This document shows positions 41,266 through 50,365 of a stretch of DNA of 64,000 nt, one piece after another. Made by a program: the position numbers and the translations under genes. The stretch lies in contig JBOEGF010000018.1 in NCBI GenBank assembly GCA_050633305.1, forward strand, positions 256,001 through 320,000, in the 5' to 3' direction. Under the pieces are notes generated by a model. It was not told the origin of the DNA and made no database searches. It was given only the letters and a program-made list of their open reading frames with translations. This DNA is from Nannocystales bacterium. GTDB taxonomy: Bacteria > Myxococcota_A > Polyangia > Nannocystales > Nannocystaceae. Position 1 is the stretch's first letter; the number at the start of each line of letters is the position of its first letter.

Positions 41266-42753
41266 ATGAAGCGGAGCGTGTACCGGGCGACAGCCTCGCT
41301 CAGCACGGTGTGGCTGCTCGGCTGCTCGGCATCGGTGGAGACCGAACCAGAACAGGATGGCGCCCCCCTAGCATCGTCCACGGCCTCCGCTCGCGGGCTG
41401 CGTCCTGGAGGAGACACGACCGTCTCCTTGGGGCCCAGCCCGTCGTTCGTTTTGCCCGCTGCGAATCTCGATGGCGCTGGGAAGTCGGCCTTCTACGCGG
41501 GGAAGGCGTTGGCCACCCAACCGTGGGTGCGGGCTCCGACGCTGACCGATGCCCGTGACGGACTCGGCCCGCTGTATCACGCACGTTCTTGCCTCGCGTG
41601 CCACGTCAAGGGAGGGCGCGGCCCGGCGAGCGACGCGGACGGATCCTCCATTGCAACGCTGGTTCGGCTCAGTCGTCCGGGCCAGGGTCCGCACAACGAG
41701 CCCGTTCCAGACCCCGTCTATGGCACGCAGCTCCAGCCGCAGTCGACTTCGCTGAGCCATCAACTCCGCGGTCGGGCGGGGGCCGAGTCCTATGCAGATC
41801 AAGGCGTCGCGATCGAAGCCGATGTGCACATCAGCTGGGTTCGAGAATCGTTCGTATACCCGGACGGCAGCCGGATCGGGCTGCAGGCTCCGAAGCTCGG
41901 GTTCAGCCAGTGGGGCTACGGGCCTCTGGGCACCGACACTCGTGCTTCGCTGCGCCACACGCCCTCGTTGGCGGGTGTGGGCCTGCTCGACTTGATTGCC
42001 CAGGCCGACCTCGATCGGCTTGCCGATCCTGAAGACCGAGACGGTGACGGTATTTCGGGCCGCGGCAACCGGGTTTGGGACCCCGAAACCGAGACGATGC
42101 GTCCGGGTCGCTTTGGGCTCAAGGCAAACCAACCGAGTGTTCGAGTGCAGGTGGCGGGGGCACTGTCGGGTGACATGGGTCTGTCCAGCCCGGTGTTCCC
42201 CATGCAGCCTTGCACGTCGCTTCAGCCGAGGTGTCTCGCCGCGCCGACCGGAAACGACGCCGACGGATTCGAGGTCCCCGAGTCCATGCTGGCTTCGATG
42301 GTGTTTTTTACGATGTCGATCGGTGTTCCGCAGCGGCGCGCTGCAGAAGACCCGATGGTCCTCCGCGGACAAGCGTTGTTCGATGCCGCGGGTTGTGATG
42401 ACTGCCACACGCCGCGGCACGTCACCGCCGCCGACGAGCGCTACCCGCACCTGTCGGAGCAGGACATCTGGCCCTACTCGGACCTGTTACTCCACGACAT
42501 GGGTCCGCAGCTCGCCGATGGACGGGAGGACTTCCTCGCGACGGGCCAGGAGTGGCGGACGCCCCCGCTTTGGGGCGTCGGTCTCGCTCGAGCGATGCAT
42601 GCGCCGGTTGGGCTCCTCCACGACGGCCGCGCACGTACGATCGAGGAGGCCATCGTGTGGCATGATGGTGAGGCACGTGCGAGCCGAGCTCGTTTCGCAG
42701 AGCTGGCCGTAGAAGACCGCCGTGCTGTCGTCGCCTTTGTGAGATCTCTGTGA
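41266..42753 (+). CDS. Di-heme oxidoreductase family protein (DUF1111), lipoprotein
   Basis: DGLGPLY..SCLACH; D.DGDGISGR.N; GRFGLKA; GCDDCH; YSDLLLHDMG; EWRTPPLWG; LHDGRART. Confidence 0.92.
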   Translation: MKRSVYRATASLSTVWLLGCSASVETEPEQDGAPLASSTASARGLRPGGDTTVSLGPSPSFVLPAANLDGAGKSAFYAGKALATQPWVRAPTLTDARDGLGPLYHARSCLACHVKGGRGPASDADGSSIATLVRLSRPGQGPHNEPVPDPVYGTQLQPQSTSLSHQLRGRAGAESYADQGVAIEADVHISWVRESFVYPDGSRIGLQAPKLGFSQWGYGPLGTDTRASLRHTPSLAGVGLLDLIAQADLDRLADPEDRDGDGISGRGNRVWDPETETMRPGRFGLKANQPSVRVQVAGALSGDMGLSSPVFPMQPCTSLQPRCLAAPTGNDADGFEVPESMLASMVFFTMSIGVPQRRAAEDPMVLRGQALFDAAGCDDCHTPRHVTAADERYPHLSEQDIWPYSDLLLHDMGPQLADGREDFLATGQEWRTPPLWGVGLARAMHAPVGLLHDGRARTIEEAIVWHDGEARASRARFAELAVEDRRAVVAFVRSL

Positions 42754-43880
42754 CCCTTCGAGCCCCGTTCTTGCTGCCTCGACGCGAGCTCATGCTGGGC
42801 TCGTGTGCGGCTGCGGTCACGTCGATCGGGTGCGGCGAAGGTGGGCGGGGGACTGGTGAACTGTGGGCATCGGCGCAAGGCGCCGAGCCCGGCTCGTTCG
42901 AGTTGGTGATCGCGAGTGCCTCTGGGGTGCACGCGAGGTTCGCCAGTGAGGTTCGCGGGCATGGACTTGCCGCCGACCCCACCGATCCTGCGCGGGTTGT
43001 GATGTTCGGCCGACGACCTGAGTGCGTGGGCATCGCATGTCATGTGGACTCGGGGGAGGTGGCGGGCCGCATCGAGTGCGCGAACGGTCGCCACATGACC
43101 GGTCACGGGTGTTTCAGTCAGGATGGTTCGCGGCTGTTTGTCGTGGAAGCCGACAACACCACGGGGGAAGGGACCATCGCCGTACTCGATGGCGACACCT
43201 TCGGACGACTCGGCGAGTTCAGCAGCCACGGTGTCGGCCCGCATGAGGTCGCGCTCATGCCAGGGGGCAACGTCCTCGCGGTGGCCAACGGCGGCTTGAT
43301 CACCGAGCCCACAGGGCGCGAGCCCATCAATCTCGCCACGATGCGCTCGTCCCTGGTCTTCGTCGACGTCGACAGCGGTGAGCTACGCAGCGAGCATACC
43401 GTCGCCGAGTCCAAAGCCAGCCTTCGGCACTTGGCCGTCGCGCGGGATGGTGTCGTGACGGTTGTGATGCAGATTCAGCGGGAGGCGCTGGCCGATACCC
43501 AGCCTCGAGCGCTGGTCGCGGTTCACCGGCCCGGAGGTGAGCTCGAATCCCTCGAAGATGGGCTCGAACTCGGGACCGCCATGGACGACTACGCGGGCGC
43601 TGTTGCGGTCGACGACGTCTCGCGCGTGGCCGCGGTTACGAGCCCGCGTGGCAACCTGGTGGCGTTTTGGCATCTCGACACCGGTGCATCTCTCGGGGTT
43701 CAGCGCTTTGATGACGTGAGCGGTGTCGCGCTCTCGGCGGACGGCACTCGATTCGTTCTCAGCGGGTCAGGCGGCCAGCTTCGCCAGACCGACATCGCCA
43801 CGCTGCAAGAAGAACCGGACGCTCGCGCACGGCTCGACGATGTCCGCTGGGACAACCACCTCCTCACGCTCGCTACCTAG
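42750..43880 (+). CDS. DUF1513 domain protein (beta-propeller), probable Tat lipoprotein
   Basis: RRELML...IGC; RGHG, FGRRP, GHGCFS.DG, GVGPHE, VANGG, SLRHL, WDNH. Confidence 0.9.
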   Translation: MTLRAPFLLPRRELMLGSCAAAVTSIGCGEGGRGTGELWASAQGAEPGSFELVIASASGVHARFASEVRGHGLAADPTDPARVVMFGRRPECVGIACHVDSGEVAGRIECANGRHMTGHGCFSQDGSRLFVVEADNTTGEGTIAVLDGDTFGRLGEFSSHGVGPHEVALMPGGNVLAVANGGLITEPTGREPINLATMRSSLVFVDVDSGELRSEHTVAESKASLRHLAVARDGVVTVVMQIQREALADTQPRALVAVHRPGGELESLEDGLELGTAMDDYAGAVAVDDVSRVAAVTSPRGNLVAFWHLDTGASLGVQRFDDVSGVALSADGTRFVLSGSGGQLRQTDIATLQEEPDARARLDDVRWDNHLLTLAT

Positions 43881-43890
43881 GTCCTTGGTC

Positions 43891-44982
43891 ATGTCCGCAT
43901 TCGTTCACAACGTCGCGCTGTTCTCTCTTGCCGCAGGATCGTTGGCGCTCGCGTGCGACAGCTCAGACGGAGGACCGCAGGATGCGAGCACGCTCCCCAC
44001 CGGAGCCGAGATCATGCGTGACACGGTCCAGACCACGATCGTGCCGGACATCACCGCGTTCGACACCGCGGCCCAAGACATGCGGACGGACGTCGATGCA
44101 TTTTGCTCCGCCCCCAGCTCCGATTCGCTGGCCGAGCTTCAAGCGCGTTGGCGGTCGCTTTCCGAGGCATGGAACGCTGTCGCGCCGTACAACTTCGGGC
44201 CGCTTGATGACGATGTCATCACGCCAAAGATCATCTTCATCGAGTCGATGCGCCAACGAGGCACCGACTACACCCAGACGGTGCGCGACGGGATCCTGCG
44301 CGGCATCGAGGGGACGGACGCGCTGGATGTCGACTATTTCGGCCGGCAGACCTTCGATGAGGTTGGCATGCTCGCCCTTGAGGTCCTCGTGTTCGAGGAC
44401 AGCCGCGAGGGGAACTCGGCCGACCCTGCCGATGTCCTCGCCGACTTCGAGGCGAGCCCACGCAAGTGCGATGCGTTGAAGGGGCTGAGCGAGCTTCTGG
44501 CCGGCTGCGCCGCAACTGTACGCAGCGGCTGGACCGAGTCTTTTGCGGATGGTGGTGAGCCATTCGCGGAGACGATGGCTGGGCCCGAGCTTGCGGATGG
44601 CACCGAGCCTGTGGCGGCGCTGTTGATCGTTCTGCAGGAACACCTCGACTACATCAAGGTGCGGAAGCTCGAGGGCATCCTCGACGCAGAACTCTCCGGG
44701 CACTTCTATCCCAACGTCCTCGCGACCCTGGAGGCGATGGAGGAACTCTTGGCGCAACCCTCCGACGAGAGCTTCGGGCTGCTGGAGAGGATGGAGGCCA
44801 CGGGCAACGCGGACGAGGTCGCGACGGTGTTGGCCAACTTCGAGGCCGCTCGGCAAGCTGCGACCGACATGGACCGAGAAGCCCTGACCGCTGCGGTCGG
44901 CTTGCTCGACGGGAACCTCAAACGCGAGATCCCCGACGCCCTTGGTGTGGAGCTGGGCCTGACGTTTACGGACGGAGACTGA
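43891..44982 (+). CDS. Second imelysin-like (M75) lipoprotein
   Basis: Lipobox ALAC; FCSAP...LQARW....AW......FGP; GMLALEVLVF (degenerate GxHxxE); C-terminal LGLTFTDGD. Confidence 0.82.
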   Translation: MSAFVHNVALFSLAAGSLALACDSSDGGPQDASTLPTGAEIMRDTVQTTIVPDITAFDTAAQDMRTDVDAFCSAPSSDSLAELQARWRSLSEAWNAVAPYNFGPLDDDVITPKIIFIESMRQRGTDYTQTVRDGILRGIEGTDALDVDYFGRQTFDEVGMLALEVLVFEDSREGNSADPADVLADFEASPRKCDALKGLSELLAGCAATVRSGWTESFADGGEPFAETMAGPELADGTEPVAALLIVLQEHLDYIKVRKLEGILDAELSGHFYPNVLATLEAMEELLAQPSDESFGLLERMEATGNADEVATVLANFEAARQAATDMDREALTAAVGLLDGNLKREIPDALGVELGLTFTDGD

Positions 44983-44983
44983 C

Positions 44984-46243
44984 ATGAACGGACGCACCAC
45001 CGCCTTCCCACCCGGTTGCACACGGCGACTCGCCGCATTGACGGCGGTACTCAGCGTCGCGCTCGGCGCTTGCGCGCCCCAAGACGACGACGAGCCTCTG
45101 CCGCCAAGCGTCTACGCCGACGTCGAGGAGTTTGGAGAGGCGCTGTTCTTCGATGAGAACCTGTCGATGCAGCGGACTCAATCGTGCGCGACGTGTCACG
45201 ATCCACAGCGGGCGTTCACCGACGGTCGGTTGGACGCGCAAGGGAACGTGCGAGCCGTTTCGCTTGGCGACGACGGGGTCTCGCTGGGCGATCGCAACGC
45301 ACCCAGTGCTGCATATGCCTTCTTGTCGCCCGAGTTCCACGTCGGAGTCCGCGAGCGCCACAACAAGCAGAACAACCATCGGTTGTACATGGGCCCCCTG
45401 GGGGGGCAGTTCTGGGACGGACGGGTTCCTGGCCTCGAGAGCCAGGCCGGAGGTCCTCCCCTCAACCCCCTGGAGATGGGCATGCCCGACCCCGCCTCGG
45501 TCGCACAACGGCTGGACGAGGACACGGAGCACCGACGGGCCCTGTTCGAGTTCTTTGGCCAAGAGGCTCTCGATGACGACGACGTGGCGTACGCCGCAAT
45601 GACGGAGGCGGTCGCCGCGTACGAACGCACCGAAGTGTTCGCTCCGTTCGACTCCCGCTACGACCGCTCCCTCCGGGGTGAGGTGGCGCTGACGTTCAAG
45701 GAGCTGACAGGCAAGGCCATCTTCTTCTCGCAGTTCGGAAACTGCGCTGTTTGTCACCAGCTCTACAGCGAAGGGGACCCGATCAACGAGACCCGCGAGA
45801 CGTTCACGGGGTACGAGTTCCACAACATCGGCGTGCCCGCGAACGAAGCTGTGCGGCTGCAAAACGGTGTGACCGCACCCGACGAGGGGTTGCTGGGCAA
45901 CGACGACATCGATGACCCGATGGCGCGAGGGGCCTTCAAGACGCCCACGCTCCGCAACGTCGCCGTCACGGGCCCCTACATGCACAACGGTGTGTTCGGC
46001 GAGTTACGGACCGTCGTAGAGTTCTACGACCACTTCACGAATGCCGACGAGCGACCGGTCAACCCAGAGACCGGCGAGGCCTGGCGCGCACCCGAAGTGC
46101 CTGACACCGTCCGCACCGAACTCCTTCAGGTGGGCGATCCGATGACCGACACCGACGTCGAAGGGCTAGTCTGTTTCCTACGTGCGCTGACTGACCAGCG
46201 CTACGAGGCCCTCATCCCCAGCGACGGCATCGACTGTGGGTGA
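44984..46243 (+). CDS. MauG-like diheme cytochrome c peroxidase family lipoprotein
   Basis: Lipobox LGAC; CATCH and CAVCH; GDRNAPS; GGQFWDGR; FKTPTLRNVAVTGPYMHNGVF...EFY; FLRALTDQRYE. Confidence 0.9.
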   Translation: MNGRTTAFPPGCTRRLAALTAVLSVALGACAPQDDDEPLPPSVYADVEEFGEALFFDENLSMQRTQSCATCHDPQRAFTDGRLDAQGNVRAVSLGDDGVSLGDRNAPSAAYAFLSPEFHVGVRERHNKQNNHRLYMGPLGGQFWDGRVPGLESQAGGPPLNPLEMGMPDPASVAQRLDEDTEHRRALFEFFGQEALDDDDVAYAAMTEAVAAYERTEVFAPFDSRYDRSLRGEVALTFKELTGKAIFFSQFGNCAVCHQLYSEGDPINETRETFTGYEFHNIGVPANEAVRLQNGVTAPDEGLLGNDDIDDPMARGAFKTPTLRNVAVTGPYMHNGVFGELRTVVEFYDHFTNADERPVNPETGEAWRAPEVPDTVRTELLQVGDPMTDTDVEGLVCFLRALTDQRYEALIPSDGIDCG

Positions 46244-46251
46244 GCACCCGC

Positions 46252-48711
46252 TCAACCGAATCGGTGCTTGAAGCCGCCGACCAGTGTGAAACGCTGCCCG
46301 GGTCGTAGTCCAAACGGGCGGCGGGAGACGGCGTAGCTGGCTCGCGTGGCGTTCCCGAGGTTGAGGTAGATCTGCGCGCGTCGAGTGATGTTGACGCTGC
46401 CCCCGAGGTCGAGTGTCAGAAAACGATCGATACGCTCTTGGGAGGGGATAGGACCCTTGCCCGGGACGTCTCTCATTTGCCCGTTGTAGTGGAGCTGTGC
46501 GTGGGCATTCCAGCGTCGCATCCCGCCGACGAGCTGCAGTGAGGCGACATGCTCGGGAATGTAGGGGACCTTGTCGCCGCGCTCGACATCTCCGAGGAAC
46601 GGGCTCGACGAAGAGAATGTGTTGGAGAAGCGCGTCCACGTGAAGGTGTACGTGGCGTTGGCGTTGATCCAGCCGGCGCCCCCCAATTCGGTCTCGTACC
46701 CCGCGAGGGACTCGGCGCCCGCGACGAGGACCTCTCCGCCGCTGAACTGCGAGCCAACATCGGTGGCGTCGCAGCCCTGCGAGAAGGTGCAGTTGCTGAC
46801 GAGGTTGGAGTAGTCGTTGACGAAGGCGATGCCCTCGGTGTGAAAGCCGGAGTGCGCGGCACGAAGACCAGCTTCGTAGCTGACGCTGCGCTCGGGTTGC
46901 ACAGAGGCTCCGCGACCCGGCGCTTTGGGGGCGAACCCGGAGTGCACGCCGCCGAGGACGCCGAGCCATGGCGTTGCCTGGACGTGAAAACCGATGCCGG
47001 GGAGGAAGACCGTGTCGACGGAGGAACTCGTCGTGACTTCGGCATCCGGATCGATGGGAAAGGTGCCATCGCCGAGGTTGGTCTCTTCGAACTCGGTTCG
47101 AATCACCTCGACCCGGGCGCCCGGGCTGACCGTGAACCGGTCGACGATCCGAATCTCGTCTGCGACGTGAAACGAGCCGGCCAAGGCCTCGCCTCGGTTC
47201 TTGACGATGGCCTGCTGCGTTCCCGCCACGAGGGCAGGCGTGCCGCTGAGCATGGCGTACTGGTCCTCATCCTCGTTGCGAGAGACGCGGTCGAAGTGCA
47301 GACGCGCGCCAACTTCGATCACCTGGTCGACGTACCGGGTGTTCGGGGAGATTCGCACCGCGTTTTGCCAGCCCTGCGAAACGAAGTCGCGCTGGTTGGT
47401 GCCGATGAGCAGGTTCTCCTCTTCTCCCGTCGAGTCGGCCTCGCCTCGCAGGACCGCCAGGAGGATCCCGTTGGTGCCCGAGGTCGGGTCCTCGAAGAAG
47501 GTGTAGGGATCCGGTGCGGCCGCGCCAGCGAAGTTGTTGAACTTCGTCCAAGCTCGGGAGAAATCGTGTCGATACAGGGTGCTCTGGTACTCGACGATGC
47601 CCGTCGCCATGAAGTAGGTGGCTTGCATCTGGGTGCGCCACCAGTTCATGCGGTCGAGCGCGGTCGCTCGGTAGCGACGGTAGGGATTCTCGTCGAAGTC
47701 CTCCTGCGTCAGCCCCAGATAGGTCTCGTTGGAGACCTCGGTCGAGAGCCCGAACTTCACATCGAACTGGTGGTAGACGCGGGCGCCAGGGTCTCCGTGC
47801 AGCCGGGTCTTGAGCATGAACTCGTTCTTGCGGAAGCCCGTATCGCCGCCTCCGTCCAGTTCCTTGAATCCGCTGGCGCGGACCCGTGCGCCCTCGAACA
47901 GGATGCCGAAGCGCTTCCAACTCTTGCCCGCAAACCCGTGCAACTTGCCGTAGCCCCACGTACCGGCGGCGATGTCGATGCCGGTCTCGAGCTCCCGCGG
48001 GATGTCCCGGGTCTGCAGGTTGATGGCGCCGCCGATCGTGTTCGGGCCGAAGCGCACGGCCGCAGGCCCTTTGAAGACCTCGACGCCGACCAGCCGGGTG
48101 GGCATCGGGAAGTAGTACGCCGCGGGCGCGGAGTAGGGGGCGGGCCCGAACAGGACGCCGTCTTCCATGAGCGTGACCTTGGCGCTTCGGTTGGGGTCCC
48201 CCCCGCGTAAGCCAATGTTCGGGCGTAGCCCGTAGCCATCCTCACCACGAACGTAGACACCGGGGACCGTCCGCAGGATGCGGTGGATGTCGTCGTGTTC
48301 TTCTCGCTCGAGGGTTTCTTCGTCGACCGAGTGGGCCGAACCGACGATGCGCGGTTGCTCTGCTGGCTCGCCGATGATGGAGATCGTCGGCGTGGCGGCA
48401 TCGAATCCGTCGTCCACTGGAGGCTCGGGGAGTTCCGGGGCGGCGGGTGGGGATGCGCTGGCGGACGTGTCTTGGGCGTCGGCGGTGTCGGTAGTACCGG
48501 GATCGGTGGTGTCGGGGTCCGAAGTGCTGGGCTCGTCCGCATCGGGGTCGAAGTCGGAGAGGTCAACGTCGACCTCGTCATCCTCGGCCGGCGCGGCTTG
48601 GGTGGTCGACGAGAACGCACCAACCGCAAGGATCGCGAGCACGCCGAGCCCGCGAGAGCGCAGGCCGCGGGCATCACGAAGAGTGTCGGGAACGAGCATC
48701 GCCAGCAGCAT
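46252..48711 (-). CDS. TonB-dependent receptor, FecA-like
   Basis: GEDGYGLRPNIGLRG, RSAKVTLMEDG, PAPYSAPAAYYFP, VEVFKGP; C-terminal GFKHRFG. Confidence 0.92.
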   Translation of the reverse strand: MLLAMLVPDTLRDARGLRSRGLGVLAILAVGAFSSTTQAAPAEDDEVDVDLSDFDPDADEPSTSDPDTTDPGTTDTADAQDTSASASPPAAPELPEPPVDDGFDAATPTISIIGEPAEQPRIVGSAHSVDEETLEREEHDDIHRILRTVPGVYVRGEDGYGLRPNIGLRGGDPNRSAKVTLMEDGVLFGPAPYSAPAAYYFPMPTRLVGVEVFKGPAAVRFGPNTIGGAINLQTRDIPRELETGIDIAAGTWGYGKLHGFAGKSWKRFGILFEGARVRASGFKELDGGGDTGFRKNEFMLKTRLHGDPGARVYHQFDVKFGLSTEVSNETYLGLTQEDFDENPYRRYRATALDRMNWWRTQMQATYFMATGIVEYQSTLYRHDFSRAWTKFNNFAGAAAPDPYTFFEDPTSGTNGILLAVLRGEADSTGEEENLLIGTNQRDFVSQGWQNAVRISPNTRYVDQVIEVGARLHFDRVSRNEDEDQYAMLSGTPALVAGTQQAIVKNRGEALAGSFHVADEIRIVDRFTVSPGARVEVIRTEFEETNLGDGTFPIDPDAEVTTSSSVDTVFLPGIGFHVQATPWLGVLGGVHSGFAPKAPGRGASVQPERSVSYEAGLRAAHSGFHTEGIAFVNDYSNLVSNCTFSQGCDATDVGSQFSGGEVLVAGAESLAGYETELGGAGWINANATYTFTWTRFSNTFSSSSPFLGDVERGDKVPYIPEHVASLQLVGGMRRWNAHAQLHYNGQMRDVPGKGPIPSQERIDRFLTLDLGGSVNITRRAQIYLNLGNATRASYAVSRRPFGLRPGQRFTLVGGFKHRFG

Positions 48712-48739
48712 GAAGACGCGACGGTGTTATCAGCGTTCC

Positions 48740-48786
48740 GGCCCCAGACCGAGCGAAAACCGGTGTTTTCACGACGATCTGGGGCC
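48740..48786. promoter_or_regulatory. Imperfect inverted repeat upstream of the FecA-like receptor
   Basis: GGCCCCAGA...GAAAAC-CGGT-GTTTTC...TCTGGGGCC. Confidence 0.45.
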
Positions 48787-48887
48787 CGATATCATGCGAT
48801 CTCGCACGGGGTCCTCAGGGGACTTGGGTCGGACCGCGCACCCCGCCGGGATCGGTGCCAGCGGGCGCGGAAGGCCCGGCGCACCGG

Positions 48888-50180
48888 CTACTTGAAGGGG
48901 TCCGAGAATCGAGGGTCTTGCATGATCACCTCGTCCGTCAGGGTCTCGAGGAACGCGACGATCGCCTGTTTCTCGGGGTCGTCCAGGCCGAGGTTCTGCG
49001 GCTGTCCCCCGGGCATCAGTCGCGGGTCGGTGTCGGGACCGCCTTGCACGCCGTTGTCGTAGTGCTCGACGACTTGCAGGAGGTTCTGAAACCGACCGTC
49101 GTGCATATACGGACCGCTCTGGGCGATGTTGCGGAGCGAGTGGGACTTGAATCGTCCGCCGCCCGCACCCTCGTCTTCGGGGTTCATGTCGAGACCGTTG
49201 TTGATCGCGATAAGGGGCTGGAAGATCGCGAGGTTTCGGGGCTGGCCCGGTTGGGGGACGCCAGGGGCGGCGGCCACGTGACAGATGGCGCAGTTGCCCT
49301 GGGGCCCAAAGAAGAGCTGTTTGCCGAGGTTTTGCTGCTCGGTGAAGTTGGGGAACGGCACGTTGGGATCTCCGGTCGCTTCGATCCCCTCGTCATACAG
49401 GGACTGCGTGCTGACCATGGCGCGGACGAACTGCGCCAAGGCGAATGAGATACGCTCGGTGGTGACCTCGGCGTCTCCGAACGCCTGTTCGAACAAGGGT
49501 CCGTAGTAGGCCTGGCCCTCGACCGCGGCGACCAGGCCTTCGAGTGTCATCCCCATCTCCACGGCGTCCTGAATCGGGAGCAGAACCTGGTCCTCGAGCG
49601 TGTCTGCGCGTTCGTCCCAGAAGAAGCGGCCGTTGTCGTAGTAGGCCGAGTTCACGATCCCCATCGAGTTGCGGCCTGTGTCACCACCTTCGAACCCGAC
49701 ACTGAATTGGCGATTGTCGGAGAAACCTTCGTCTTGTTTGTGGCAGGACGCGCAAGCGATGGTGTCGTTGGCGGAGAGGGCCGTGTCGTAGAAGAGGACT
49801 CGGCCCAAAGTGGCTCCACTGTCGGTGACAGGGTTGTCGGCGGGTGTGTTGTCGAGGTCCTCGACGGGTCCGGATTGGAAGTGCTCGGGCAGGTCTGGGT
49901 CCGCGTAGTTGTCCGGCGGCCATGGGAGGTCCAGGACGTCGGTGACGTCACCGGGGTAGCCGGCGGGCTCTCCCGTGCTGGAATCGCCGGCGCTGTCGTC
50001 GGTGTCACCGGTGCTTCCGGTGCCCGCGTCCGCGGTGTCGCTGCTGCTCTGCTCGCCGGAGGCGTCCGCGGAGGTGTCGTCGGCATCGGTCTCCGCCTCG
50101 TCGCTCGTGGGCGGCACCTCGCTGAAGCAGGCGAGCGAGGGCACTAAGAGCAGAAGCATGCTGAGCGTCGTCCGGACCAT
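48888..50180 (-). CDS. Diheme cytochrome c peroxidase family (MauG/BthA/MbnH-type) lipoprotein
   Basis: Lipobox SLAC; LGRVLFYD..LS...IACASCH; FFWDER; CAICH; SLRNIA.SGPYMHDGRF..L..VVEHY. The ORF track start at 50942 is over-extended. Confidence 0.9.
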   Translation of the reverse strand: MVRTTLSMLLLLVPSLACFSEVPPTSDEAETDADDTSADASGEQSSSDTADAGTGSTGDTDDSAGDSSTGEPAGYPGDVTDVLDLPWPPDNYADPDLPEHFQSGPVEDLDNTPADNPVTDSGATLGRVLFYDTALSANDTIACASCHKQDEGFSDNRQFSVGFEGGDTGRNSMGIVNSAYYDNGRFFWDERADTLEDQVLLPIQDAVEMGMTLEGLVAAVEGQAYYGPLFEQAFGDAEVTTERISFALAQFVRAMVSTQSLYDEGIEATGDPNVPFPNFTEQQNLGKQLFFGPQGNCAICHVAAAPGVPQPGQPRNLAIFQPLIAINNGLDMNPEDEGAGGGRFKSHSLRNIAQSGPYMHDGRFQNLLQVVEHYDNGVQGGPDTDPRLMPGGQPQNLGLDDPEKQAIVAFLETLTDEVIMQDPRFSDPFK

Positions 50181-50192
50181 GACTCGATGTCG

Positions 50193-50208
50193 TGCATGAC
50201 GCATGCCA
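50193..50208 (-). promoter_or_regulatory. Sigma54 -24/-12 promoter of the peroxidase gene
   Basis: Minus strand TGGCATGCGTCATGCA (GG-N10-GC). Confidence 0.8.
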
Positions 50209-50258
50209 CCGGTGAGCGGGCGAGCGGAGCCGATGGCCTTGAACGGCCCGCGGTGGTC

Positions 50259-50295
50259 CTGCGGAAGCCGCAGCGGAGCTCTGCAGGACCTGCAG
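50259..50295. promoter_or_regulatory. Tandem palindromic enhancer (putative bEBP UAS)
   Basis: CTGCGG-AAG-CCGCAG (50259-50273) and CTGCAGG-A-CCTGCAG (50281-50295), with centres 22 bp apart. Confidence 0.7.
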
Positions 50296-50336
50296 CAATG
50301 ACGTGGCGACTTCACGGAACGACACAGGGACCGCCC

Positions 50337-50352
50337 TGGCACAGCCGGTGCA
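50337..50352 (+). promoter_or_regulatory. Sigma54 -24/-12 promoter of the two-component operon
   Basis: TGGCACAGCCGGTGCA (GG-N10-GC). Confidence 0.8.
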
Positions 50353-50365
50353 AACCTGCTCGGAC

